From positions 16,802,001-16,866,000 of the forward strand of contig OZ296656.1 of assembly GCA_965655095.1 (NCBI GenBank): a DNA stretch of 64,000 nt, written 5' to 3'. The notes under the pieces were generated by a model. That model was not told the DNA's origin, did not search any database, and saw only the letters and a program-made list of their open reading frames with translations. The position numbers were made by a program, and so were the translations under genes. This document shows positions 26,790 through 41,254 of this stretch, piece by piece. Positions within the stretch are counted from its first letter, which is position 1; each line of letters begins with the position of its first letter. Source of the stretch: Haplodiscus bocki (Eukaryota).

Positions 26790-27610
26790 GGTTCGACGCG
26801 ATTTCACCCCAAAATATCGAAACCCAAAATACACAAGCCCGAAATATTGAAACCCAGAAAACCCAATGTCCTAAAACACCCAAAGAAAAAATACCCCAGA
26901 TTGAAACAAAATAAATAGGACTTTTGACCACGGGGACAAAAATTTCAAAAATCAACTCAATTTCTCAAATTAACTTCAAAGATCAACTAAGCCTACCGAA
27001 AAAATGTCAAAAATCCTTGAAAAAACAACCCTTAAGTATTTTTACGCTTGAAAAACTTTAAGAAACCACCATCAATTTTTAAAACCCAGGCACTCTTATT
27101 ACTGCGTCCCTGGCCGTATTTTCAACCTTGAAACTCACTTAAAATAGGTTGAATTTTCTTTTATCTAGAAAAATCTGCAAACGTTTTACACAAAAAGTAT
27201 ATTTCATTGCACAAATAAGTACGTCCTGTTTAAGAGTAGAAGCCTATAAACGTTTACGGCTGAGCGTATATTTACTGTATAAAAAACTACATCCTGTTGA
27301 AAAATAGAAGCATATATATAAATACAACCTTTCTAATTTTGCCCATTTTAGCCTCGCGGAAATATCATCGACAAAAATTAAGGCCGCCCGCGGTCGAAGT
27401 GTGTTCGGGTTCACTTTTAACCAACATCCCCCAGTCTTTGACATATGCACCTGCCATAGGAGGTTAATCACCGAACTCAAAGTTCTTAAAACGGATGATC
27501 CCTGCTGTGAAGGTATAAGTGGAGCTCCCGATGGGCTTACACTTCCCGTAACTTGGTTGAAAAAGTGGGTTGGCAGGTTTCAAAAGTTTCATCTTCAATT
27601 GTAAACAAAA
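26790..27610 (+). repeat. Left TIR of element B, with terminal 15-bp tandem array (cccaaaatatcgaaa-like, ~26808-26900)
   Basis: Inverted match to 41255-42131, e.g. ttaaggccgcccgcgg / ccgcgggcggccttaa, ctcccgatgggctta / taagcccatcgggag, ttggttgaaaaagtggg / cccactttttcaaccaa. Confidence 0.85.
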
Positions 27611-27829
27611 GTTTTCGCGTTTTCCTGTTTGCAAACCAAACATCTGTTTCTGAAAAGTTTTTTGAAAAACCGGAAAAGTCAACTAGTTTTACAACCTTCA
27701 TTTATACCTAAAAGCTAAAAATTGACAAGTCAGAGCAACTGTAAAAATATTATATTAAGGTGTTATATAACTTGTACAACTTGTTGTTTACAATATAAAC
27801 GGTCTGTTGAATACAACCACAGATTAGCC

Positions 27830-30800
27830 AATGGGCATCTGGAAACAAGTAGAGAATACTATTAACAACAAAAAAATATTAATTTCAGTTAATATGAAAG
27901 ACTGTTTAGAATCTGAAGAGGATAAGAAAACATGAGAAAAATGCGGTTCCGTGAAGCAAGTGGAAAATATATGAACCTTAAAGCTAAGTCTTTTCATTAT
28001 ATACCTGCCGTCCATATAAAAAATTGACCTTGCTGCTAAGAAAAACCAATTTGATGAACCAGATGTTTACCGATTAGATAACACAATTTAAGGAGCTTTT
28101 GATTCAGATAAAAATTTGAAAACATGGTAATTTTTTTTCGAGGAGAAAGTCGAGAAGACGAAGCCTATTTTACAAAAACAAACAGATATACAAATTTATA
28201 CGACCCCAATGAAGAACAAAATGAATTAGAAGTCAAACTCCATGATTATGAACAAGAAGAAATTCGCTTTAGTTTTGATAACTTTACAACAAAAAAACTG
28301 TTCAGATACCATAATATTGGAGCACTTAGTTACTGCAAAAAACCCGAACCCTTTTGTAAGTCAAATTCTGTTGTATACATACAAAATACGGAACATAATT
28401 ACTGTTTCTTATGGTTTATTTGAGGCCATTTATATAAAGTAGATACACGCCGTAAATGAGTGCCTTTTTTTTGAAAAACGCTCTACCAAACTCAATTGAG
28501 GAAACATGCAAGTCCTTATGAAATTGAAAGATTTACCTTTTTGCGACCAAAAAAACGATATAAAGATATATGTTTCAGAATTAACATCAAGTTTTGAGTT
28601 TTCACCAAAGCACGAAAACAAAATTTGTCAAGAAGAACTTATATCTCTACTTGTCTCCGAAAACCAATACTCTTTACTAAGTGACTTACATATATTTTGT
28701 AAGAATAATAAAAAGTTTAGGCTTCTATGTAGATATTGCTTAGATATTTATGGAAGTCAATCTCAACTACAAAACCATTTGACAAGATGTTTCGAACAAA
28801 TAGTTTGTGACATATCATACTTGATTGCAGACAAAAGTAATAAATTTTAGGATATCCTATGAAAATAGACTCATCAACATGGATTGCTGCTTGTTTTGAA
28901 TGTATAAACATACCAGTAGACGATACAGAACAAACAACATTGTTTGTAAGCAAATTAACAGCCGTAAGCTCTAACATAAATAGAAATCCACATGATGAAA
29001 ACCCTTAAGTTGGAAAGACATGAATAAACCAAAAGGTTTCCTGAGGATTGTGTTTAATGTTTTCAAAATGAAATATTGGAAATAGTTACGTATGTGAGGC
29101 ATTTTTTTGAAAATGGAGTTGATTAAAACCTAATACAAAAAGCTGATGGTTATAAAAAACTTATTGACTATGCGAAAAAAGTTTCAAAGTTAAAAAAGAA
29201 GAAAAAACCGAGAATTTTGTCAGTTAACAGGTAAAATCAGAAAAATAGCACATAAGGAATGTATATTAAACACACGGAACAATCATGTTTTAATTGTAGC
29301 AAAGTTTTCCATAACTTTACGGGATATGATTGTCATCTAGAATTTGAAAAATTGTTGAATATGGCCGCTGAGGTAAAGTTTGGAAAAAAACGGAGAAAAT
29401 GTCCTAGAAAGTTCATCAGGAAACTACAAATCCCTACAAATGGAATAGATAAAATTCGTAGGTTGTTGTAGATTTTTGACTGGAAGAGTAGATAAATTAT
29501 CCTCTTCAATAGGATCGTTGCCATCTTTAATTGCTAATGGAATGCAGAATGAACTATATAAAAACAACTTGGCATACATAAATGAAAATTTCATTTCTAT
29601 CGAAGATATTTATGAGCCCTTAAAACGTAGAAAGACAAGGCTTCTATCCAAGGTTAAAACAATCTGCTCCAGATGAGGTAGAAATAAAAAAAACAGAAAC
29701 TCTGATTATAACAAAACCAACGTAAAAGAATTAAGAATGATGTATCTGATAACCAATGCATACTTTTTAACAGTTGTCTTTCAAAATCAAATATAAACAT
29801 GTAAACCTGTAAAAAGTATTCATCCACTTTATTCCTACAAAACACATAGTTCTACCAGGGAACCTGGTCGAAAAGATACTGGAGTGGAATAAAAATATGA
29901 AGTTGAAGAAAAACTCAGATAGTTACTCGAAGATAATACGAGAAGTGGATCTGCATGTGCAATTGGAAATCGTCATGTAAAACGAACTGATACAAGAAAA
30001 AGACAATTTTGGGACAAAAACAATTGATGTGGAACAAGTATGTAGCAATTTTTACCAACAAAACTTTTCGGTGAAATTGAGGTTGTTGGAAGAAATCAAC
30101 ACATAGTTTTCAAATCAATTCTGAAAAACAGAGTTGCTAATGAACCTGGATGCCTTTTAGAGTCTGAATTGGAGTTCCCAGAAAAATGATGTGAAAAGTC
30201 TGAAAAGTCTTTTTATTGTCCAGCGAAAAAAACCTTCAACGTACATTTTTTTTCAGAATATATGATGAAAGCTAAATCATTAGAACGAAATCTATTAAAA
30301 ATTTGATTATGCATCAAACCAATAAAAAAATTTTGACACTATAGAAGTTTTAAGTTTTTTATAAAACATGGAGTGAAACTTACAATAATAAATGCTGATT
30401 ACCAATTCGCACAATTACCATGGTAAGCAAAATATCACATAAATAATGCAGAGCAGAGATCCAAAGCCAAAAAAATGTTGATTTTTGATTAGCATTTTTC
30501 CAATCTAGTGGAAAAACTTTTCAGGGGAAAATCATGGAAAATACAATAAAAAGTACAAACCTTGTTTCGCTAGATAAAACCAATTTACCAAAATTATTAG
30601 GAAGACAATCAAAAACAACATTTACAGACAAAAAGGGAGAATTTGAAAATTTTTCTTAAACTGATCGAAGAACGAATTTTTTTTATAAACCAAACCTATT
30701 TTTGTAAGACTTTGTGTTTTAGACTTATCGAAAATATTAGTGTTTGAATTGTAAAAAAACATCTCTTGTTTTGGTGAAGATAATCTGGAATTACAATATA

Positions 30801-31272
30801 AAGATACAGATTTGTTTATGTTTTTTTTTAAAAAAATGATAAATCAAAGTTTCGCAACTTTTTAGTAAGGATTCAGGTCTCCATTTTTTGTATCCTTACC
30901 CTGAATTATACTGAGAAAATACCAACAAGTTATAGGTAGAGTGGAACTTGATTCAGCCCTTGAATTTGTGATAAATGAATAATTCTTCTGTTTTCGGTAA
31001 AGCATCAAAGACTATTTAAAAGAAAGATTAAAACCACATAAATAATACTTTTTAGAAATTTTCAGAAATTGATCAGTAAAAATTTGAAAACAAATGTGGG
31101 GTTAAATATTCTCTCAGAAGTGAAGAAATACGAAAGTTTTTTGGTAAAGCTACCTGAAACAGCTTTAACTACAATTGATGATAAAAGGTATTTTTTTACC
31201 GAATATAAGGATCTACCATGGGGCCATTGGGAAAAATATAGAGATGAATTTAAACTCTTTCATATATTTTAG
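27830..31272 (+). pseudogene. polB: Polinton B protein-primed DNA polymerase B
   Basis: IQNTEHNYCFLWFI, ExoI IAACFEC (~28883), EndoVII-like CQLTGKIRKIAHKEC (~29218), ExoII FHNFTGYDCHL (~29307), LEDNTRSG (~29926), motif B remnant GKIMEN (~30525), motif C ELQYKDTDLF (~30788), C-terminal ALTTIDDKRY. Confidence 0.88.
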
Positions 31273-31299
31273 GCGGTTAAAACAATCACTGGTAATTTT

Positions 31300-32032
31300 A
31301 TCATGAAATTTAAGCCACACTTCCAAAAAAGAATTTTACTACCAAAAGAAATGTTCTTCATTACATATTTGATACGTGGAGCACGGAATCATTAGATGTG
31401 AACGAATTTGTTCCAATAATTAATGAAGGTTTTAGATACATTTCAATCTTAATCGATATTTTCCCAAAATCCAGTGAACTATCCCATTGAAAAACGAAAC
31501 TTCTCAAACAAAAAAAAGACTCAATTGAAGATTTTCTCTTTTCCTAAACAAGAAAACCAAACTTTATTGAGACTGATGTTGGAAATGGTTTTGTAAGCAA
31601 AAGTTTCACAGACGCTTTAACTCCAGGAAATATTAGTAAAAGTAGTTGCTATGCATCAAAAGGAGCAAGATTCGTTGAAAGATTTAGTCGAACTATTAGG
31701 AGTCTTAAAAACCCCTATTTCATAAAAAAATGCGAACTGGATTGGTGAATTAAACGCAGTAACAAAGTAAAAAGAAAAAAGAAAACATTCTTACACTCAA
31801 TTAGGTCAAATTCAAGCGTCATTAAAAAAAGAAGGTAATGTTTACCAAAAATTGCTACACGAAAGAAAGGCAACAAAACAAAAGTTTGAAAAACTTGAGG
31901 TCCAAGTTATACACAATTACAGGAGTCATTAATGACAGAATACCAACCTGTAAAATTAACTTGCCTAAAAGATATAACGAAGCATCGTTAAAAAAATCAG
32001 AAAAAATTAAAACTAAGAATGGAAAAGTCTAA
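31300..32032 (+). pseudogene. Polinton B rve integrase
   Basis: DTWS.., GFRYISILIDIFPK, KPNFIETDVGNGFVSK (~31554), SKGARFVERFSRTIR (~31656), LYTITGVINDRIP..YNEASL. Confidence 0.82.
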
Positions 32033-32469
32033 AGAAGTTACGGAAAATTTAATTGTTTTCATGAAACTGTACATTTTTTTGGAAATTCTATCAACTTTAA
32101 ATCAAAAAACAAGGCCAGAACTTGAAAAAAACAGCAATTTTTGAACAATCTAATATTGAACACGGGATTACACCTGAAAAACAAACTTTCATCAATTTTT
32201 GGAACGTTCAACCTCAATCCAAAGAAAAGAACACATTGGGTTTTTTTCCATTGACAGATTTTGATTCGATCCCTTTGGATGCCCTCCTTCCAAAAGTTAC
32301 CTAATGGCTTGAAAAATAATATACCAAAAGTTTTTTCAGGATATCAATTTAAGAAAAAAGTCTTTGAGGTAGTCTTTGTCTACAAAATATTTACTGTATG
32401 TTTTTGTTCTCAATCGGTTTTGAAACAGCAGTGTTACGTTTGTTTTATAAAAAGTCACAAAGAGGAAAA

Positions 32470-32850
32470 TAAAAACCAAGGGAGTGAAAATTTTACCAAC
32501 CACAACAATATCACCAAAAAACCAGGAAACACGAAAAACCAAAACTGACGTCTTTCAAAAAATATCGTAAACTTGTTTCAAATAAAAGAGTCTCCGACAA
32601 TGGTATGAAATTTTTATGATTTTCTTCACCATAGAAATGGATCTTTCCCAATTTGGACCCACTAGTGAAATTTAAACACTTCCACCAAAGGTAACCAACG
32701 TACTGCATAAAATACAAGAAACATCCATACAAAAACACAGTATACCTTAGAAGTCACAATGACTGAGCCAGAAAATAACCTAAAGTTTGGTCAGCCTATA
32801 AGTGTGCCGAAAAATTGGATGGTACCTGTAACGAACTTATAAGTTTAAAA
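32470..32850 (+). pseudogene. Possible Polinton B cysteine protease remnant
   Basis: NIVNL (~32561), a W-containing segment and KIQETS at protease-like spacing. Catalytic residues are not recognisable. Confidence 0.3.
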
Positions 32851-33104
32851 TACTGTTTTCCAAATAACAGAAATTACATAAAAAGTGCATGCCTTTTAGG
32901 CCTGATTTTTTGGAACAAAAGCCTGGAGATTGCGAAAAGTTTAAAACACAATCAAGTAAAGATAGTCCAGAACACACGTTAAAAAATAAAACAGAATTAG
33001 TCAATAAATATGGAAATGGAATAAAAGTAGACGATGAACATGAAATTAGAGAAAATACTTCAAGTTTATCGGATCTTGATTATAAATTACTTATAAAAAA
33101 TTTA

Positions 33105-33740
33105 TAAATGTGTTAAAAACAATAGCCTACTGAAGCGATTGTAACGATTAGAAGCTTTTTATGTCCTAGAAGACGCAATTAACTAGTAACGACAAGGAAT
33201 ATGTTCTCGGTTATGTTTACGTTGACCCAAAGACCATAAATTACGAAACACTTCTAGGAATATATGAATTACTTGACCTTAACAATGCCTTTCAAAAAGT
33301 CTTCAAACATCAGATGATGAAAAAACAAAATGGACAAACTTAACGACACATCAAGAAAAAAATTTCATGTCGGATATCAATGAAGTTCTAGGACTTACAA
33401 AGAAAAAAATATCCCGCTGGAACACATTTAAGCAAGCAAATTACGAAGATAACAAGTTACGATAAGGTGCATGTAACTTATAATTATGTAGAGGGGTCAG
33501 TCATGAACGGTAGACGTGGAAGTATTCTGTTTCCGTTTAGTCTCCCTGCTCCACCATGTTTCAATAATCATAAAAAACCTTAATATCTCTTGTATAAGAA
33601 AGCCATTTCAAAAGGTTGACAAAAAAATTTTTTATCAGGAAGATGATGATGGCAATGTTATCTTTAATGGTGAAACTATAGCGTTTACAGTGATGTTATT
33701 AACATTTCAAAAGTTTTTCTTTTCATCCCAAATGACATAG
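33105..33740 (+). pseudogene. Polinton B minor capsid (penton-like) protein
   Basis: GIYELLDLNN, VLGL, ITSYDKVH, VEGSVMNG...ILF.FSL..PP, FYQEDDDGNVIFNGETIAFTVML. Confidence 0.72.
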
Positions 33741-35089
33741 TACGACCGATTCATAAAGTTATCTTTTTGCGTAAGAGATAGACATTATTCATCAACGCTC
33801 AATAATGAACCAGCTAAACTTTTTAACAGAAATATTGGAAAAGAGATAACATTTTCAAAGATGATTCTATCATATGTAAATAAACTAAAATTAAAAAAGC
33901 TTCTTATAAAGCAACCGGAACCGAGACACTAAGAATTGTCCTCAGAAATCCAGGAAAAGTCAAGGCGAAAGCAAGAAAGAACTTCGCTATTAGAGTAGCT
34001 TACAATCATACTAGGGTGTAAGGTTTGGTGCTGATTTATCAAGTGCTGCTGCAACTAGACATCTGGAAACAAAACCGGCCACTGCTCCTTCTGTCTTGAT
34101 TTCAGCCCCTTAAGGGAAGGATATGTTTTTAAGAATAATACAGTAAGAACTTCACGATGTACGAAAAAAAAATTAAGCTCCTGAAAACGTTATGTAAATT
34201 GGTTTTCATAAAATATCGAGAAGAATATGAAAGTACAAAAAAACTTGAAGATACTAAATGAGAGCTTCTGAAAAAAACTGAAAGAAAATCTAACCAAAGA
34301 AAACGTGTATCATGCTACGGTAAAAGTCTTTGAGCCAACAATTGATCAACAGAAAAAAAGCTGAGAAGACGAAAGCAATAACAACAAGAAATGACTCTTT
34401 AGGAAAGGTTTCTCCCAGTGGAATAGAACCTTTGCTGATATATTTCGAGGAAATAACAAAACGTCAGCTAATCTCGGTATTTCGAAGGCATTAGACAGTG
34501 GTTTCATCACAAATCTTTCTAATTTTATGAATTCTTCCAACAAAAGTCAATTTAGTTTGACCTTACTGAGTGGTAAAAAACGAGATAAATGAACCTAATC
34601 CTCACAAAAACCTAATAAAAAGAAAAACTTTGAAGTTTTTGAACATAAATGGTCACGACGGAAAAAAGTATGATTTAAACGACCCAGATTCCAAATCTCA
34701 GTCTTTTTTAATCTAATGCAAACTTTAAAAGTTTTCATTTCAAAAACAACAACTTAGCTTTGAGTATTTGTAAGGCTTCAGATGTTGATACATATTGCAG
34801 TGATAAAAATTAGCTAGACGTAAAATGATAAAAAACCTAAAAATAAAAAAACAAAGAAACTCTTTATTTCATGCTAGTGGACTTGAATTTGTTTTTCTTT
34901 CCTCTGCCAAAGTGATTTAGTGGACGAATTAGTTCTGATTGACCCGGAAAAAACGGAAGTGTTTCCCAATTTATACATTCTGACCTAGTACCAGTTTTTG
35001 ATAAACTTTTGTAATAAGTGTGCTGAACAAAAGAAAGTAATTCACTTCTACCCTTTTTTGAAACAGTTGAGTTATTCGAAATGGATCAG

Positions 35090-35810
35090 TTACCATTTTA
35101 AAAAATTATATTCTGTTTTGTTTTCATTACAAACGCGAAGTTTTTTCACGATCAATCAGTCTGTTTATTTCAAGACAATTCCATAACTTTTTCCATGCTT
35201 CTTTGTCAAACTCCTTGAATTCCCCATAAGTCATATCAAACCCAGCTATAACAATGAAGAAACTTTCTACTGTTTTAACAGTTTGTTGAAAAATGGTAAT
35301 CGTTCTTTTTTTTCTAATTATTAATGGTATTTCAAAAAACCGTTGTGACCAGTAATACACGGCATTGTTTAATGCGTACCATGGGTGAAGAGAGGGGAAA
35401 AGTTTTCCTGTTTAATTTCTAATATACCGTCAAGTACAACAAGAAGATATTTACATTTATCAATTGTGGAAACTTCATCTTCGTTCTCATGTTCAGGGTT
35501 TTGGTTGGGAGACCTAGTTAATTTTCTCATATCTCTCTGTGTTAATAGACTCACTTGTTAGAAATATGTTCAGCATAAGATAAATTATTCTGAGGAAACA
35601 AGGATTTACAATCAGATTCTGCCTATGTTTGTTATTGTTGTGGGTGGAAAAGGCATTGTCAACAGCGTCCCTCTGAGAGAAGACTTAGCTTTTTGAGCCA
35701 CCTTTGCGGACATTTTCACTGTCGCTTTCTTTATATCTTCATTTTTCGAGAACAATAATGTTATTCTTTGAATTGTTGCTTCCACAAACTTTACTTTACA
35801 CTTCTTCATT
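35090..35810 (-). pseudogene. Polinton B packaging ATPase
   Basis: Degenerate Walker A (NLIVNPCFLRIIYLML, ~35570-35620), Walker B LLVVLDGIL, FTHGTH (GRH), YYWSQRFFEIP, IAGFDMTYGEFKEFDKEAW (ORFs 35369..35554 and 35127..35360). Confidence 0.8.
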
Positions 35811-35869
35811 AGGACGTTTTTTTTATCTATTTATTGTACCTTTTTTTAGTCAGAATGAAAAAAGTCACT

Positions 35870-37280
35870 ATTAAGATTTAAATACCAATGTATACAAACC
35901 TTGTTCGTTTAGATCACTCAAACGAAGACTCTTCCTTTTTTTAGAAAATTGAATGGCAGAATACTTATTATTTTGGAATATTGACAGAAAAAGTGTTTTA
36001 CTTCGTGTTATTTTAAATCAAACTTTCTCCTACCTTCAGAATTTATGGTCCCCAATCTAGTGTTTAATACTAATGAAAATTCTCTACAATTAGTAGATTT
36101 TTATGATTAGTTTGTTATGACTTGATTTCCACAGAATTTGGTTGAGCTGTTTTTTGAATTCTTTGGTTACTAATATTGGATACATATAAATTTCAAACAG
36201 TCTAAAGTGATTTTTGTTTCTATAAAAAGTTTCATCCCCTTATCTTCTCTTTGCTTAAGAAAACATCTTTCTATCAATACTGACCTCTAAGAGTTTTTTT
36301 AATTGGATAATCTAAGTGTTTGTAATTATCAGGAGATCGATTCGACCGATATCTACAAACAACAGATGACATTGATAACCAATCACATGGGGAATTATCA
36401 ATTCTCTTTGTCCCAAAGTTTTTCTCATGCTCAAGTTCGACAACAGACCAAGAAGGTATGTTTTGTTTCCGCTCTTAAGTCTTGATTCAGAGACTTAGGT
36501 AGCACTTCATTTCTTACTTCCCTAAAAACACTACGCTCCTCATAATATAATTCTGTTGGTATTTCTGTTAACCTTTGATTTTCAACTAGTCGTAGATTTT
36601 GAAGACTTGGTGTGAAGTTTTTACCGAGCCACGAATTTTCTCCCACAGCACATTTTGAGTTTGCTGTTGCAATAGCTTCATGATTAACCTCATTGCTTCC
36701 ATTACGTTTCAAAGTGGGAATGTATCCTTATCCGGATGTGATATTAACCTGGTGAGCAAAACCAAAGATAACAAAAAAGTGTTCTATATTAACAAAAGAC
36801 TTTTGTACTCTTTGTTTCCTGTTTGTTAGCTCAGTTTTCTTTCCAGTATTATCTCCATCAAAACTGTAAATAAGTTCAATGGTCCCAGCATATGATGATA
36901 GAAATGTATACAATAAAGAAGCCTTGTGAAGACTTTGCACTTTTTTCGGAAAATGTTTGGAAGTTGTGGTAAGTTTCGTTTCACTGAAGAGAGCAACAAG
37001 ACCAAGAAATACTGAAAGATTATCATTACCAACAACATACTGCGTATAATTCTTTTCTGTTACTTCAAATCGAAGAGAAATTCAACTGCTTTGTAATGAA
37101 ATATATTGCTCTCTTTGTGGAACATGTTTTACTGTTTTAGTTATGAATTTGTTTACTCCTTCTAATCTTTTCGAAAAATATCTATAAACATTTCTGTGTA
37201 AACTTCTTTCGAAAAAGTTTCAAGGTTTTTACGAAAAAAAGTTGTGCTTGTGAACACGAAAATAAACAACGCTGAAAAAA
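35870..37280 (-). pseudogene. Polinton B major capsid protein
   Basis: IFGFAHQVNITSG*GYIPTLKRN...SWLGKNFTPS...EIPTELYYEERSVFREV (ORFs 36728..36940 and 36431..36712, same frame). Boundaries approximate. Confidence 0.7.
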
Positions 37281-40200
37281 ACAAGAAAAAATAGGCTGAG
37301 GTTTTTTCGCGTTTGGGTCTGATGGACTGGTTATATTTATCAAAAAGTTTTTGATACTCTGCTTGATGTTCTCAACCCTTTCTCTTTACTAATTCTTTTT
37401 ATCTTGAACTGTGTCTTTTGAAAGAAAGTCTTTTTCAACAAAAATTTCTCTTTTTGTTGCAAAAATTCACTTTCTAATTGGTAGTAATTGTAACACTACG
37501 TCCAAGGCCTGCTGCCATCGGCTCCACAGGTACACAAATCCAGCTTTACCTAGTGTTTTTGATGTGCTTGTTGACCCAATAGAAAGGACAGAATCAATAG
37601 TTTTGAAATTTCTAATAATATTTTGGAGTTTGTCAAAATCCTTTTTGAATTTTCCAAGCTATTCTTTATAAAAACAATAAATCAGATTGATGTTGATTAG
37701 GGATTGTTTGGAGATAATGACTTCTTCGAGTTTTTTTGTAACATATTTCCAGTTTTCAGAATCAGTATTTGGGTTGAGGTAGAGTTTTTCAGCCATTCAA
37801 TTTTGTAGAAAATTCGGTTTCTGGTAATTTACTTCTGTGTTTCATGTCAACCATATCTAATTTCTCGCCGGCTTCTCGTTTGGTTTGTTCCCTTGGATGA
37901 TGTTTCTCAGAGGTCTTTTAATCTCCAACTCTGCCATATAGTAAATTTTACCATCTATTTTTTTCCTTACTTTTCCGAAAAACAATCGTCGTTAAAAAAT
38001 TTTCATGGACCAAAAAATCGATCTCTATTGGGGATTTATCATTTAATTTTCATCTTTTGTCTTGTAGCAATTGTATCACACTTTTGAAAAAACTTGCTTG
38101 GCTGAAAATTGTGTTGTTTGCATGACTAATATTATCTTGTTCGTTTCTTCGTTCAGTTTTTTTCTTTTAAACTATGTTACTTTCGCATTCAAATTCTTTA
38201 ATTGTTCGGTTTGTGAACGGTTTACTTCATCAACATCATGTTTTTTTTCAGATATTCTCCTTTTTGGTGATAACTTCAACCTGAACAGTTTTGTCTGTCC
38301 TCTTTTTGTATATCTGCTATATTCTCATGAGATTCTCACTTTTCTCTCAACTTTTCGTTAAGTCTGGTATGGAAAATTTCTTCAGAATAACACACTTCAG
38401 TTTCAGCATAGTCTTCATTGCAACCTGTGGCTTTGATGGTTTTTGAAACCAGAGTTAGGTTTAAAAGTTCGACAATTGGATGAATTGATGATAATTCAAA
38501 CAGGAACAAAAAACGAAATCTTGTTTACATAAACTTTTATCTATCATTGCTGTTGTTGTTTCAGTAGTCAGATTTCCGAGCTTTCAAAGAGCTCTTTTGT
38601 TGTTTCTTTTACTCTATCTGTTTTAATGAAAATTTAAGCTACAATTACGTTTACCATTTTCTTTTTAATTTCATCATCTGATATTCCTTATTTGTGAGCT
38701 AAAAAGTTATTTCTGTTTCCTTTAAGTTAAGTTTCTCCATCCATATCGACAAGAAATTTTTGTTTTTTTTTCTATTGCCCCTTTATTGCATTTTTTTTTG
38801 GATTAACTCATTTTGCAATTGCGTTTGGAAACTGTGTTTTGCATTTGTCTTTTGAGTATTTATTAGAAAAAAACTATATCTTTTTGAGTTCTTGGGTTGT
38901 TCTTTACTGTTCCTATTAATTCAGTCATTTAGATGTTTCCAGAAGGTTTATCATTTAAATGCTTACTGGAAAAACCTTTCTTCTCGCTGTCACATTTCTC
39001 ACCCTTCGCGACGCTAATGTGGTGTTCCATTCCACCCTTCTGATTGGACGAGATCATAAAACAATTTTGGCTGTTACTATTGGTTTTCTTTCTTTTTCAC
39101 AGACGGCCCATAATTATGTCGTTTCTGTATTTTTCAATTGGAGAATCTGAAATTCGTATTTGTTTTGTTGGTTGTTGTAAAGGAAAAACTAGCTGATTAG
39201 TTTTCTCCAGAAATTTCAGGATCAATATTTGTTTATCTAGGCGTGGCATTGAATTTGGTCAAAGTTTTGTGAAATAAAAGCTGAAGCGATACCATAATTA
39301 GAGAGTAATCATCAAAAGAAAATTCAATTTGTCTTTTTATTAAACAACTGGCATCATTGATGGAAAAAGATAAAGATTACACTTCAGATGAAATTTTGAA
39401 AACTAACCAGAATTTTAAAAAAAGTCAAAAATTTCTCGATGTAATAACTTTGAAAATAGTTCATCGAACAAGACTGGAAAACTTTTTCATGAAAAGTTTT
39501 TTGTAGTCTAGATAACCAAGTGGTAAATAACAAACCTACTGCTTGTCATTTTTTATCTAAATGTCATTTTGCAAAATTTATCAAACGCGTTGATCAAACC
39601 GTTGCTTTTTGTAGGTTTTGTGATGTTCCTGTTAAGACAAAAACCTTGAAAGTACACCAGAATATTTTGAAAATGGTAAAAAACACATGAATTTTTGCCT
39701 AATAAAGGCTTTTAATATTTTTTTCTCGATAGTTTTTCAAAATTATTACCTACATAAAGAGCCGGTAAGCATATTTTAGCAATTGAAAAAAATATTCAGA
39801 AATAGACAGTTGATGTTTGCAATGTGAGTTAAAACGCTTTGCCGTCATTTTTTCACGTAAATGAGAGTGCGACTAGTTGAAAAGTTTTGAATACACCCAA
39901 TTTGTTTGGTAATAATTTGTACAGAGATGTAGTTATGTTCTGATGTTTTTTCAATTGATAAAAAATGTTTGAAAGAATTATAACCCAACGAAAGTCCATT
40001 GGCAAGACGAAGAACCTATTGTGTTCCAGTAAAATCAATTTGATACTTTATTGTGAAAAAGTAGCGAAAAACCTTGAAGAAATGATATACAACTCCAACT
40101 GTTTTGATCAAGATGGATTGGCTAACAGTTTGATAATTACATATTTCATGAAAATGATTTTTTTATATTTGCTTCCATGAAGAAGCAATTAATTGGTAAA

Positions 40201-41254
40201 AAAAAAATTCAACAATCACTTGGGAAGGACCCATGGAATTTTTATTATTCAATTGAGAAAGTTGAAAATTCTAATGAAGTAATGAAAGAAGGTATTGACT
40301 TGGAACCTAATACAATTTAATATGCATCTTTTCAATTGAAAACTAATGTTGAACTGGCTCTATTCATTTTGAGCGAGGAAGAAAGTTTTCTTTAGTAGGA
40401 GAAAATCTGCTGAATGAAACGAAATATGGGTTGATAGCAGTCAAAATTAATCTCAAAAACTATCAATTTCCTTGTAGGAATATGAGAATTGATGAAGAAA
40501 ATTCTGATTTAGCTGTTGAAATTCGTGACAAGATGATAAGTTACTCGAGTGAAAGACTTAGACAAATTTCTATCTAAAATTAAAACCAAAACCAAACGCA
40601 GGCGTGATAGTTTTCTGAGCTTTTTAATGGATCACATTAGATTAGGAATTATTTTAAACTGTTAAAAGAGAAAGATGATTTGATGAAACTTTGATTTTGT
40701 TGACTTTCTGCTGTTATTTTTTCCTTCTTTTGGTTTTGCAGATTTTTTTCCCTAAAATTTTTACTTTCTCCGATGACAAGATCCATTGTTTCATCATATT
40801 ATTTTTTTTGTCTTTCGATTTCCTGTTTCTCGTCATCTGTAATTTCGCCCTCATCAAATGTTATTTTTTTTTTGATACAAACTGCATCTGTAAATTTTCT
40901 TCGTCTTTATCAACTATAACTTCTTTAACTCTTTTTTCAAAAAGCAAAAATGTTAGTTTTTTCTTTTTATGTTTTTTTATAATGTCAAAAAAACCATTTT
41001 ACACTTTTCCAGCGGTAGATGAAAAATCTGTTGGCTAAGAATTTTTTTTCAAATTTGAGCATATTGTAACAAGTGCGACCAAACATATACACATCAAGAA
41101 AAGCTCTCAAAAAATATGTTTTTAGTGTTAATCGATGCATATTTGTTTGTGACAAGAGTGATTAATCTCAACTTTTTTAAATGTACATTTTTCTGCTACA
41201 CGCAAATGAACATCTGAAAGTAAGTTTCCGAGTAGCAGGAAAAAATTACACCAA

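Noticed and set aside
35870-36290. Separate protease gene next to the Polinton B ATPase
   Set aside because: No convincing His/Cys motifs; the length fits better as the major capsid C-terminus.
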